NCBI GenBank assembly: GCA_964035545.1
Contig: OZ037769.1
Location: 9,198,129 to 9,262,128 of the forward strand
Reading direction: 5' to 3'
Source: Bugula neritina
Lineage: Eukaryota; Animalia; Bryozoa
Length of the DNA: 64,000 nucleotides
Position numbers and translations under genes: made by a program. The notes below the pieces were generated by a model that saw only the letters and a program-made list of their open reading frames with translations, ran no database searches and was not told the origin of the DNA. Numbering within the stretch: position 1 is the first letter of the stretch; every line of letters starts with the position of its first letter. Below, piece by piece: positions 51,325-62,700 of this stretch.

Positions 51325-54300
51325 TTACAATTGCAATGTTGTTACAGATTTCCCTTGCACGTACACTTCAAATTGAATGAGATCTTGTAACAACTGTCCC
51401 TCAGGTAGCACTGGAATATGGTGCTCTTGGCAATATCTCATAGCAACCTGCAGCAATAAACAAAATATTTACAACTCGTAGACACACACTTGACCTTTCT
51501 TTCCACATGGATGGTTTGTATGGTGACAAACAAAGTCAAACGTTCAGCAGCTGATCAACACTGTTGACTTCAAGTACAGTGCTTGTTGCATCATATCTTT
51601 TTGGCTAATTCATAAACTTGCACACTCCTTATCAACTGCAGTACTGTGAAATTACTAGATAAATCATATCCAGCTTAAACTGAAAAATAATTTCTTTCAG
51701 CATATTCAACAGCTGTGAAGAAAACATCATAGGTGGGGAAAGAAGGTGACCTACCCTGCCTTATAAAGTTGTTTATAGCTTCTGGAAATCAACAAACAAA
51801 TCTTGTGTAACAATAAGATACACCAAAGAGTCAGTAAATGAGAACTAATGGCAACTTCACCCTCTACTGGCACCAAGACTCTACTGGTGCCAAGAAAACT
51901 CTGTTAGTTTTATTGCTGCTCAGCAATAAAATAAGCAACAGATAATTTTGGAAGTTGGCCAACAATTGAATAAAGTAAAATGCAATTTCAGAGGTGTTTC
52001 TAGTGTTCAACATTGGAGAATATTCTTAAAAGATTGAGATCAACTGGCAACATTTCCATCTTTATACCAAATGTTTGTGTTGCTGGCTAACAATTATACT
52101 GCAAGTAACACTAGAAGTTTTGCACCTAATGCTACTTTTTTCTCCCCATCTCCGATTTCTCTTGTTCGGGTAGAGGGAAGCACTTAATGCTACTGTCATA
52201 ATAATACTAAGATGAGTCATAGGAGCTTGAAAATAAACAATAGAGACACAACTCACGAAGTAATGGCTACTTAGGTAATGCTTTCTATAGGCGTACATAA
52301 ATGAGCTCAACATGAATGAACCAAAAAGTTATTTTGCTTTATTGCTGCAAATATCGACCTAATGTACTGTTTTATAGTTTAAATAAAGAAAAGACATTTA
52401 CAATACCAGAGTTAAAGAAGACAACTCCATATTTACTATTGGTAAAATGTTCACACACTGCCATACCGTACGACATAAAAGTACAAACAAAATGGGGCCG
52501 CTGTTACGTTTTGTCAACAGGCGTTCACACACACTGACGTAAAAGTACAACGCATGACGTTGAGCTGTGACCAATCATAATAAGGCTAATTCTTGTCTGC
52601 GTGAACTTGTACACCTTAGGATATTGTTCACAAATTATTTTGCAACATTCTTTTCAAAAGATGTTATATAAATGCTATTGACTAAATAAAAGCAATTAAA
52701 AGGAAACAATCTCCTTTTTAAATATATGTGTCCTTAAAATAATTGTGCCAACTAATTTGAATAACATATTATATTTTAGCCGTCCAAATAATTGTGATTA
52801 GGGAAAGCTAGATTTTTAAGCTGAGTTTGATTTAAACAAGCCGGATAAAGATTTTTTAATCCTTTAAAACTTTTGAATTGGTTAAATTAAATCAACAATA
52901 AGCGATTAAAATAAACTAGCGAAAATGTTCTTTAAATTTTAGTACCAGATCAACTCTACCCAATGGGAGCCCTCCGTGATTTTTTTCATCAAGCACTGCT
53001 TGATCAACGCCACTACTTATTCAGCGATTCAGCCCGGGTGTTACTAAAGATGGCGGACATTTGCTGTTACAGTACGGCAATGTGTGAACAGGAGGTTAAA
53101 AGAACAGCTTCCACCAAACCTTTGAAATCTGACTGCAATCTCAAACAAGTCATCTCAAAACTGCGGTGAATTATACAAAGTTTCTATTAATCTGAAATAA
53201 ATATCTATACACTTTCTTGCTGAGCAAAATTTAAACCCATTTCAAATGAAATGAAAGACATAATATAATGAACCATAATTATACCATGGAGAAGTTTTCA
53301 GAGACTAAGGAGGCAAAGCCAGAATAGTGAAATCAAATCATCTGTCATTATTTGTAATGTTGGTCATAAATTAGTAAAAGGACAACTTCCTACCAGCAAA
53401 AGAGATAAAGAGATAAAACAACTCCAATAAGTTTAGATGGCAGGCAGTTTCTTACAGTTGAAACTGAAAATTACCTTTAGAGTGCATTTGGTTTTGACCA
53501 TCAAATACACAAGACAAACAGCGGCAGCACTGCTCAGTATGTCAGAGGAAGTGACAGCCACTGCATTATGTTGATCTACAATCAGTAGCAGATATATTAG
53601 AGACAGCCAGAGAAACATGGTGACACATACTAACATACTCTTGTTGACATGGTGATACATACTAACATATTCTTGTTGACATGGTGACACATACTAACAT
53701 ATTCTTGTTGACATGGTGACACATACTGGCATACTCTTGTTTACATGGTGACACATACTGACATACTCTTGTCGACATGGTGACACATACTGACATATTC
53801 TTGTTTACATGGTGACACATACTAACATATTCTTGTTGACATGGTGACACATACTGACATATTCTTGTTTACATGGTGACACATACCAACATACTCTTGT
53901 TTACATGGTGATACATACTAACATATTCTTGTTGACATGGTGACACATATTCACAAAACCAAACATAAATTACAAGGTCTATTCATACATGTATATATAC
54001 AATTGATATAGTAGGGTAGTTTTTAATAATAATGTTAATAGAATGGCAAAATTACTATCAAAAATAAAAAGATAAATCATTTTGATGCATCATAACCAGT
54101 TTATTTCATAAATATGTTATCTTGTGTCTGTCTCCTATTTACACTTTAATAATCACTTCAAAATGTTGTAGTCGACTTTATTTTTAATTCTCGAAATTGT
54201 AATCATATAATTGTTTTCATTGCACAGGCAATTGCAGCAAATTGATATTTATGCCAAAAATGTTAAAATTCTTTTGGTAAGCAAACACTGGGCATTAGAG

Positions 54301-56990
54301 ACCCACTTCACCACTATGTCAACATAAGTACACAATACAACTAACCAATAAATGTAACAAGTTTAACCACGTTTGCTGGAATGAGATACCCTCCACCAAC
54401 ACCAGCTCTGCATTGCAGGTTAAACACTTCGACTTCTTCATCACCCTGCTCTGCATCCCAAAGTCTTCCAACAGATAACCTGTTACTACAATAGTACATG
54501 TGACTTTATCAGCATCTCACAGCAAGTTGGCAAATGTGACAACAATGTCATGTGACTAAACAGAGGGTGACATACAGTAAGAGACAGCAACTACAAACCT
54601 CTGGTAGCTACTCATGCAGTTGATATAGCCAGTTAACTTCAGGTGTTGCTGAAATATGACGCTATGACACTGCTGCCAGTTAGCTATGTAGAGCTTTCGA
54701 GGCAAAACCTCTAAAGGGTAAGTACTGTACGCATCTAGTGCCTGAAATGTATACTTTGGTTAGACAACAAGTTATCATCACAGTGTTGATATACTATGTG
54801 TGCATGTAGCAATGCAGATGGGTTACTGGCACAAACATGTTCTGCAACAGTAATATTAGCTCAACACTAAATTAAGGTGAACAGCAGAGCTCAACATTCA
54901 AGGTTATTTGGTAAACAAAAGCAACTTAATTAAAACGAAGAGAAATAAATAACAATAGAAACATGAAAAGTAGAAGTAGCAGAGCCCCAACATGCCATCT
55001 GCTTCATTATGGAAGCATTGAACTGTTCTCCCGTTTAACAATTTGAGTAGATAAATTCAACAGAGTGTGTCATCTCCTAACCAGTGAGTGTGAAGCTGGC
55101 ATTACTTCTCAGAATACAGATTAATAACTAATATAGATTTGGACTTTAACTGTAATCATCATACCTCAGCAGTTAAAAATGTTCATTTTTTCCTATTCCA
55201 CTTTTTTTTAAACTCTTTTTTTAAACTCTTGAAAGTATTTTTAGTAGTAACTTCAATTTAAAAAAACTGTGACTGAAACTTATTCATTTGCAAGGGAATT
55301 TCAAAGTTGGCAGCAAATAGTGTAGCCCCATAAGGTAGTATTGAATCTGTTAGAGCTGGAGAATGTACACGCAGAGTTTGGCATGTAAGAGCTGTGGGTT
55401 GTAATAGGAAGCAAGGAGAAACTCACAGTATGCAGGTAGATTATTTGGTTAGTTCTGAGAAAGGGGTAGTATCTAGAGAAAAGGATGTAACCCCCTAGGG
55501 GTAGCATGTAATGACTATTAATGCACAGCATATTATATAATAATTTCAAATGCTTAGGAGTGAATAGGCCTAACTGTAACTGTACAGGGGAATGTGGAGC
55601 TGCAAAGGAACACTGGAATAGAGCAGTTATGCAGTCAAACTAAAGGCTAACTCTTACCACGCAGCACTTTGATTGGATGCCTGGCACCTGCATTGTACAG
55701 CATTTTGGCAAGAACTGTAGCTTCAGTTTTAATGTGTACACCTGAAGACAAGCAATAACCATATTAGAGGGCGTAACACAAGGAGTCCACCATTTACAAG
55801 CCTATAACAGAGCACACAAAATAAATAGATATAAGTTAAATCTTAAACTTAGAAAATAGATCTCATTGCATACATATATAGAAACTCATCAATACAAACT
55901 TAGCAGCTGCCAAGTGTAATTTCTTCTAACTGTAGTCTTGTGCATGATAAACTTGTTTAGATGTATATAGCATGATTATATAAGTATACTATATATTATA
56001 ACAAGAGTATATCACATATTATAAAATGAGTATATTATATATTACAACATGAGCATATTATATATTACAACATGAGCATATTATATATTACAACATGAGC
56101 ATATTATATATTACAACATGAGCATATTATATATAATTAAAATATGAATGAATTATTACACCTCAGCACCCAGGTGAAAACAAATGAGAAGACAATTCAG
56201 TACCAACCATCAACTTTGAGCACTTCAGTTCGGTTGTCATACACGACTACGTGTTGAACAGTCTCTATTCCAGCATCATATGGGAGTTGATATTCACCAC
56301 TAGATGTCTAGAACACAAAGATTTGTGTGTTATAGCAGTGACATTACGGTACACTGTAGACCACAATGAAGGACACCCATATAGTATATAATATATGCAG
56401 CAGTGTACCTTAGAAATACAAGAGTACATCATACAGTACCTTAGACGTAAACTTGGCAAGTTGAATATGTGATTCATCATAAGTCTCTCTTCTACGTGCA
56501 TCTGTTTCAACACATTTAATAGATACAGTATAGTTCAACATCATAGAAATAAAACCCACACCAACTAATACAACAACCAATACCACAAGTTACTGTAGAA
56601 ATGTTTAAATGCCCAGTAAAGTAAGGTATACACCACACCTAGTAACAGCATATAATTTGGATCAGCAACCTTTGGATGAGCACCATGCTCTCTGGCCATC
56701 ATTAGATTGAACAGTTGCAGAGGCTCTATTACTGTAATGCCATCCACTGTATTGGGGGTTTCAGTTGCTTCAGTGACCCTCTTGTTCAAGTTGAAGCCAT
56801 GACTCTTAGGAGGATTGAGCAAACAATCGGTATCTAACACATGGTCACTGAAAATGCGACGCTTTCTCCACTTCTCAAACTGATAAATGGGCACTTTTTC
56901 TGTTGCCAATACCACAGGGTTTAACTTTAGGTCTTTGAGAGCATTGGGCGGTAATGCTTTAAGATGATCAGCAGCAGGTTTGGAAGCCAT
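51325..56990 (-). CDS. STYXL1: STYXL1/MK-STYX-like rhodanese + DSP pseudophosphatase; exons 56990-56639, 56501-56440, 56307-56208, 55741-55658, 55494-55427, 54741-54599, 54479-54346, 53575-53475, 51447-51325
   Basis: IEPLQLFNLM..DPNYMLLLDARRRETYDESHI, VVVYDN, PIKVLRGGYILFSRYYPFLRT, ALDAYSTYPLEVLP.KLYIAN, degenerate P-loop, QLLQDLIQFE; all introns GT-AG and in phase. Confidence 0.88.
52449..53097. mobile_element. Harbinger-like MITE in the last STYXL1 intron
   Basis: GTTCACACACTGCCATAC ... GTACGGCAATGTGTGAAC; subterminal TTCAGCCCGG..ATGGCGGACATTTGCTGTTAC shared with 30502-31370 and ~28420-28465. Confidence 0.6.
53614..53950. repeat. 32-bp minisatellite (~10 copies)
   Basis: (ACATGGTGACACATACTAACATACTCTTGTTG)n. 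Confidence 0.93.
56025..56135. repeat. 23-bp minisatellite
   Basis: (ATGAGCATATTATATATTACAAC)n, about 4.5 copies. Confidence 0.85.
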
Positions 56991-58633
56991 TATGGCTCCA
57001 GCTTGCTCAGGTGCAAATCTAAGCTGAAATTGACAATGTAAACATTACTACACCAAGTAAAAAGTGTCGTAGAATTGCGTACATCCTAGTAACTTTGCAC
57101 AAATTATCTTTATTTTTTGCTTTTGTATGATACAATTGCGTACTTTTATTCCTAATAGCTATGTGTGTTTTCCTCTTTATTTCGTTATAATGGCATGTTC
57201 TAGAACTGATTAGGGCAATGCAAATCCACACATATAAAAGGAGGCGCACAGCCCAGAGTAGTCAGTGAGGAGCTGACACTGGATAAGACCACTTCTACCA
57301 GCTATCACGATATAGTTATATTATCCATATATATAACTACTTTTACTACTTATGTGAGAAGTTACCTGCTCAAACCTCTAAAAAAACAAGTTGTAATGCT
57401 GCAGTGTGTTGATTAGTAGTGGTGAATTAAACTTGATAATTATTTTTGCTCGTTCACTAGTTCAATTAAATAATTTAGAATGTTTCAATTGCACTTGCAT
57501 ATATGTAGTTGGTGTGAGTGTCACTATTAAATTTAATTGTTATACACATTTGTAATTCATCAGAATGAAAAATATTACTATTATTATTATTACTATTTAA
57601 TCATCAAAGATCTAATAAAACACAAATCTCACACCAGTAAAACTAAAACTAAACAGCTATTGATAGTCATTGTTTATGTTATCTTGTATTTAATTTTATA
57701 ATATTTCGGGTTAGTTCAGGTTGCTTCTAAAATGTTAAATTGAAATCATCTTATAACTGTAACTTATAGTTATACTTATAGCTATAGCTTAGGATTTATA
57801 ATATAAGTCCTAAGATCAAATATAAGTATAAACTTAAAGTTACTGTTCTACTTATATTTATAGCATAATTATAAGATTAGGTATAACTTAAACTTAAACT
57901 ATAACTATAAGGATAAGTCATAGTGATAACTGCATTGAAGCTCAAAGTTATACTGATGATGATACTAGGCCTATAAGTATAAGTATAATATTTACTTTTA
58001 CTATTGTAGTAATTTGTGCAATTACCGTGCGTGAGTTCCTAGCTTGTAATTATAGTCTATTTATCCACATCAATAAAGTATTTAAATAAGATTCAACGAG
58101 ATTTATTTACTACTAAGTATAATAAGAGATACAAAAAGTACGCAGATTAAAAACACTACATCTTTACTCTTTTAGTACGCTCTCTCTACTACTTTCTACA
58201 TCGCTGGGGGTTATCACATGACGCACTCTTATTGGCTAAAGGGCTTGGGGGGACGCGCGTATTACGTACTCACTACACCGCCCCCCCCAGCAGAAAGCCC
58301 TACTTTCTGATAACACAGATACAGTTAATACTAAGACACAAAAAACGTTACAAAAAAAACTATAAAACTGAGAGAGCGTATGGCACATAAAAGAAAGAAC
58401 ATGACTATGTACAACAATAAAAAAATAGAAAAATATAACAGTAAAACACACTATGACACTGACGGGAGAGGCACTTATAAGTGAACAGTCCATAGAGTTA
58501 GAGATGTATACTTGTAGGTTACTATAGGATTGTCACACTGAGGAATTGTTCGTTAGCACCGGGCATGAGAGGGGTTCGAGATGGGGCACCACCTGCGGTA
58601 CCATCACGGGTAGGGAGTTTGGGGATGTCGTCT

Positions 58634-59407
58634 TCAAGCGCTTCCTTTCATTCGGGCTACAGAGGCAGAGAGGGCCCGGAGTTCAGATGCGGCGGCAGAG
58701 ATTCTCGGTGTCAGCCTTTGCACTTCTTTCTCTAGTTCTCGTATCCGTTCTTCTGCTTCTCCTAGGTTCCGGGCGGGGGCAGAGTGCCGGTTGGGAGACG
58801 AAGATGGCCAACGCCGTTTGCGAGAAGGCCTTGGGGAGACGGGGGGAGAGGGACGCCATCGCTGTGGTACTTCGATGCGTCGTAGCACGACTTTGGGTAT
58901 GGAGTCGGGGCGGGGCACTGTGCGTGCGGGGGGTGATGGACGGGGTACGCGCGGTCTCCTATATCCGGGTGGTTTAGGGCAGGGTCCTTGTGTGATGGCC
59001 CTGGGTGCGGGGAACTCCTGACGCAGCCGTTCATAGCGAGTCGGGTCTGATATAAATGGTCGGATGAGATCAAGGAATTGTGGGAAGGAGGGTTCGTCGA
59101 CTTCGAAAAGATGTCCAACATGGCATCCCATGGTCCGCTGGTGACGGAGGATGTAGTCCCTGTGGTAACTATATTCACCACAGGGACAAAAGGTGGTGAA
59201 ATAATGTTGGGGAACGTGAACTCGAAGTCTTCGTGGGGTGGTGAAGTGAAGCTGGCATAAACGGCAGGTGGTGCATTGGTCATCGCCCTTGTATTCTCGA
59301 ATAAGTGCTTCTGTGTCTGAGGTAACCCAGCATGACTGGTGTAAGAGTGCTTCCGGAAGTGTAGTGGGAACAGGTTCCTCGTTCCAAGCCATTTTCAATG
59401 ACGGCAT
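58634..59407 (-). CDS. Gypsy accessory ORF3: C2H2 + C2HC zinc-finger, Pro/Arg-rich linker, coiled coil (copy 3, open)
   Basis: CRLC-x12-HVPQH, CPC-x12-H-x5-C; C-terminal EAEERIRELEKEVQRL..ELRALSASVARM; in-frame acceptor CTTTTAG at ~59435. Confidence 0.8.
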   Translation of the reverse strand: MPSLKMAWNEEPVPTTLPEALLHQSCWVTSDTEALIREYKGDDQCTTCRLCQLHFTTPRRLRVHVPQHYFTTFCPCGEYSYHRDYILRHQRTMGCHVGHLFEVDEPSFPQFLDLIRPFISDPTRYERLRQEFPAPRAITQGPCPKPPGYRRPRVPRPSPPARTVPRPDSIPKVVLRRIEVPQRWRPSPPVSPRPSRKRRWPSSSPNRHSAPARNLGEAEERIRELEKEVQRLTPRISAAASELRALSASVARMKGSA

Positions 59408-59785
59408 GTCACAAGGAAGAGGAGAGAGTGGTATCTAAAAGAGCAGAATTACTGTTAGATCGAGTGTGATCTTTACACCATAATTCTGATGACAACCGAC
59501 TGTTACTAGTCTGAGAGTCATACATCTTTTTAGATGGCACTCAAGAGACTGAGTCGTGTCGTGTAGACTGACAGAGAGACATAGTGTCAAGCTCCAGATC
59601 TAGTAGATCGTCGGCCATTGTTATGTTCTCGTCGCCTTTCACGTAGGACTCAGTCTCCAGTAGTCGTGATTCAATCAGGGCGATTAAATCAGAACTGACT
59701 GATGGTAGACTTGCTTCCATGAGTGGAAATGTTAGGTCAGAGCAAGCTTACCTGAGAACCCGGTATTTGTAATCATACTCAGCGT

Positions 59786-62700
59786 TCAAGCTTGGATGTC
59801 CGTGGATTGAGTTTGGATGCGTCTGCCCTTGACAACGTCAGCGTAGGAAAAGACTGGGCAGCGTGGTTGTTGCGCACGGCTAGAACTATTTGCCCCGGGC
59901 GTAGTAGTTTTGTTTACTACTCCGCCTTCGCAAAAGTTGAGATTTCCGTGGTGTTCACAACTCCCACGCTTTGTTGCCAGTCCTTCCGTACGGCGCCCAG
60001 CTGGACTTTCGTAACTGCCGTTTGTAACACGGTCACATACGAAGTCTTTCAGGTATGCTGGGGGTTGTCTAGTACGCTGGCCCCGTTCCAGGGGAGGTGA
60101 CGTATTAGCTGGAGAGGGGGGTGTAGTTGTTGGTCGGGGCGGTGTACTCACTGGTGGGCTATTTTGCTCCACTTGTGGTGTTTCTGGCCCGCCGTTGGTG
60201 ATGGCATTTCCCTCTCCGCTGTTGTCTCCGGATGGAGCCCCTCCCACGGGGGGGTTTTGCACTTCCGGACGCGGATGCGGATCCGGAAGTGGTGGGGGTA
60301 GACTTGGTACTGGGGGCGGTGGGCGCACTTCCGTTGATGGGAGTGGCGTTTCCTGCCTTACCAAGTCCTCCTCCCGCGGCACAACCACTTCGTATTCTGG
60401 TCCATGCCGTTGCCGCCCGCGCGTTGCTGTCTGCCTCCTGGGCTCCAACAACGGGGGGGCTGCTCCTGCTGCTCCTGGGCTAGCCCAATACGGTTTCAAG
60501 CGGGCTTCATTCTGGACAGAGACCTGTCCAGATCGCTCCAGCTTGTACGTATGATTGGGCATCGCCTCAACTACTACGTAGGGTCCCACAAACTTAGGCT
60601 GGAGCTTAGCCGCTTGTCCTCGACGCCTACGGTAGTTGATCATCCACACCCAGTCCCCAGTTTGATAGAGGGGTGGTTCCTGAGAGTCCTCCTGCCGTAC
60701 CTGCCACTGCTTTGCCCGCAGTATTTCGTGTGCGGCCCTCAGGTCCTCTATCAATTTACTGGCATACTCGTGGATAGTATAGTCTTGCTCTGGGATGTGG
60801 TATGTGAGGTGGTCAGGCACTCGCGTCTCTCGACCAAGCATCAGGAGGTTAGGGGTTTCCCCCGTACTGGTGTGTGGTGTACTACGGTAGGCCCGCATGA
60901 CTTGCGGTAGTACCGTATCCCATTCCTCCTGACCCCGGCCGAGGAGCAGACTGCGCAGTGCATCGCCCAGCATGCGGTTGTTGCGTTCTACCACCCCGTT
61001 GCCCTGAGGATGGTATGGGGTGGTCCTGCTTTGGTTTACTCCCCAGAGGCGGCAGAGGTCGCTCAACAGTTGAGACTGGAATTGAGCCCCCTGATCCGAA
61101 TGTATCTGCTCGGGTAGTCCGAGGTAGCAGAATACATTTTGGTCTAGCACTCTGGCCACCGTCGGGGCGGACGCATCTGGAATAGCCAGGGCGTCCGCCC
61201 ACCGTGTAAAGTGGTCGGTTAATACTAGTATCCAACTGTTTCCTCTGGGGGTGACGGGCATGGGTCCGACTAGGTCGACAGCTACCACCTGCCATGGCCT
61301 CCCAGCATATAGCCTACGCCGTCCCGCTTCGCCAGGGAGACGGCCATGCTTGCTGGCCTGGCAGATTTCGCATTGTTTGACTCTACGCCGTACCTCACGC
61401 TCCATGCCGGGCCAGTACCACCGGAGCTGTAACTTGGAGAGCACCCTGCTTACCCCGGCGTGGGCCTGTTTGTGGGTGTCCCATACTAACTCCCGGCGTA
61501 TGGCGGCTGGGCAGATCACCCTCTTTCTTCCGTACTGGCTGTTGTAGGCGGCCACTGTGATGGTCAGCAGACCATCTGGCCCGATCCGCAGGGAGTCCCA
61601 ACGTTGGCAGTACGACCGTAACTCGGTGCATCCCTGCCGCAGCTGTTCTTCACTGGGTCGTCGCCCCTCCTTTTTGGCTCGATATACGTCGGCTACTACT
61701 CCGGGGAGGTCCTCCTGGAGTCTTCGTAGCTCCCTGACGTTATCAGCCAAGACAGGATTGGCACGGAGACGTTGGATAGCCTCCGGGGGCGTAGTGGCCT
61801 TCTGTAGGAGTTGACCCTGGTCCCAGTCATACTCCGTTTCAGGGTGGTTCAATGCCCTCAACTCGGATTTTGGGGGACCTCCATCCCTCTTCTCGATGTT
61901 GAGGCACTGTTTACACCCCTCGTCCGGTCGCCGGCTCAGTCCATCAGCATTGCCGTGTTTCTTACCGGGCCGATGCTCGATCCGGTAAGAGAACTCGGCC
62001 AGGACTTCGAGCCATCTGGCGACTTGGCTGGACGGTTCTGCTCTCTTGCATAACCAAATCAAGGAGGCGTGGTCGGTCCGCAAGCGGAACTTCCTGCCGT
62101 ATAGATAGGGTCTGAAATGCTTCACCGACTTGATTACTGCCAGCAGTTCCTTTCGGGTAGTGCAGTAATTTCGTTCAGTGGGTGAGAGAGACTTACTGTA
62201 GTAGGCCACGACCACTTCGCGGCCCTCCTGCACCTGGGACAGCACAGCGCCGACATTTTGGTCACTGGCGTCGGTATCTAGGATATACTCCAGGGCAGGG
62301 TCTGGATAGGCTAAGATAGGGGCCTCTAGCAGGCGGCCCTTGAGGCAGTCGAACGCTCTTTGTTCGACGGGAGTCCACTGCCAGGTCACCCCCTTTGCGG
62401 TGAGCCGATTTAACGGCTGCGCTACCCCCGCAAAGTCTGGTATGTATTGCCTGTAATACCCTACCAGCCCCAGGAAGGCCCGTAGTCCGGTCAAATCCTG
62501 GGGGGTTACCCAATCTTCTATAGCTCGTACCTTTTCAGGATCCGTCGCCAAACCGTGACGGCCGACGACGTGCCCCAGGTACTTCACCTCTGGCTGCAAG
62601 AGAGCGCACTTGGAGGGTTTGAGCTTCAGATTGGCACCTCGGAGTCGATTGAAGACCTCCCGCAGACGGCTGATGTGTGTTTGAAAGTCTGGGGAGATCA

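Noticed and set aside
51490-51803. Possible extra STYXL1 exons in the last intron
   Set aside because: Available acceptors give wrong phase or stops; exon 53475 splices in frame to 51447 and completes the domain.
53614-53950. CRISPR-like periodicity (32-bp unit; also the 40-bp array)
   Set aside because: No unique spacers, no cas genes, eukaryotic intron context.
58634-59407. ORF3 as an envelope gene
   Set aside because: No signal peptide or transmembrane segment; it has zinc-finger ligands instead.
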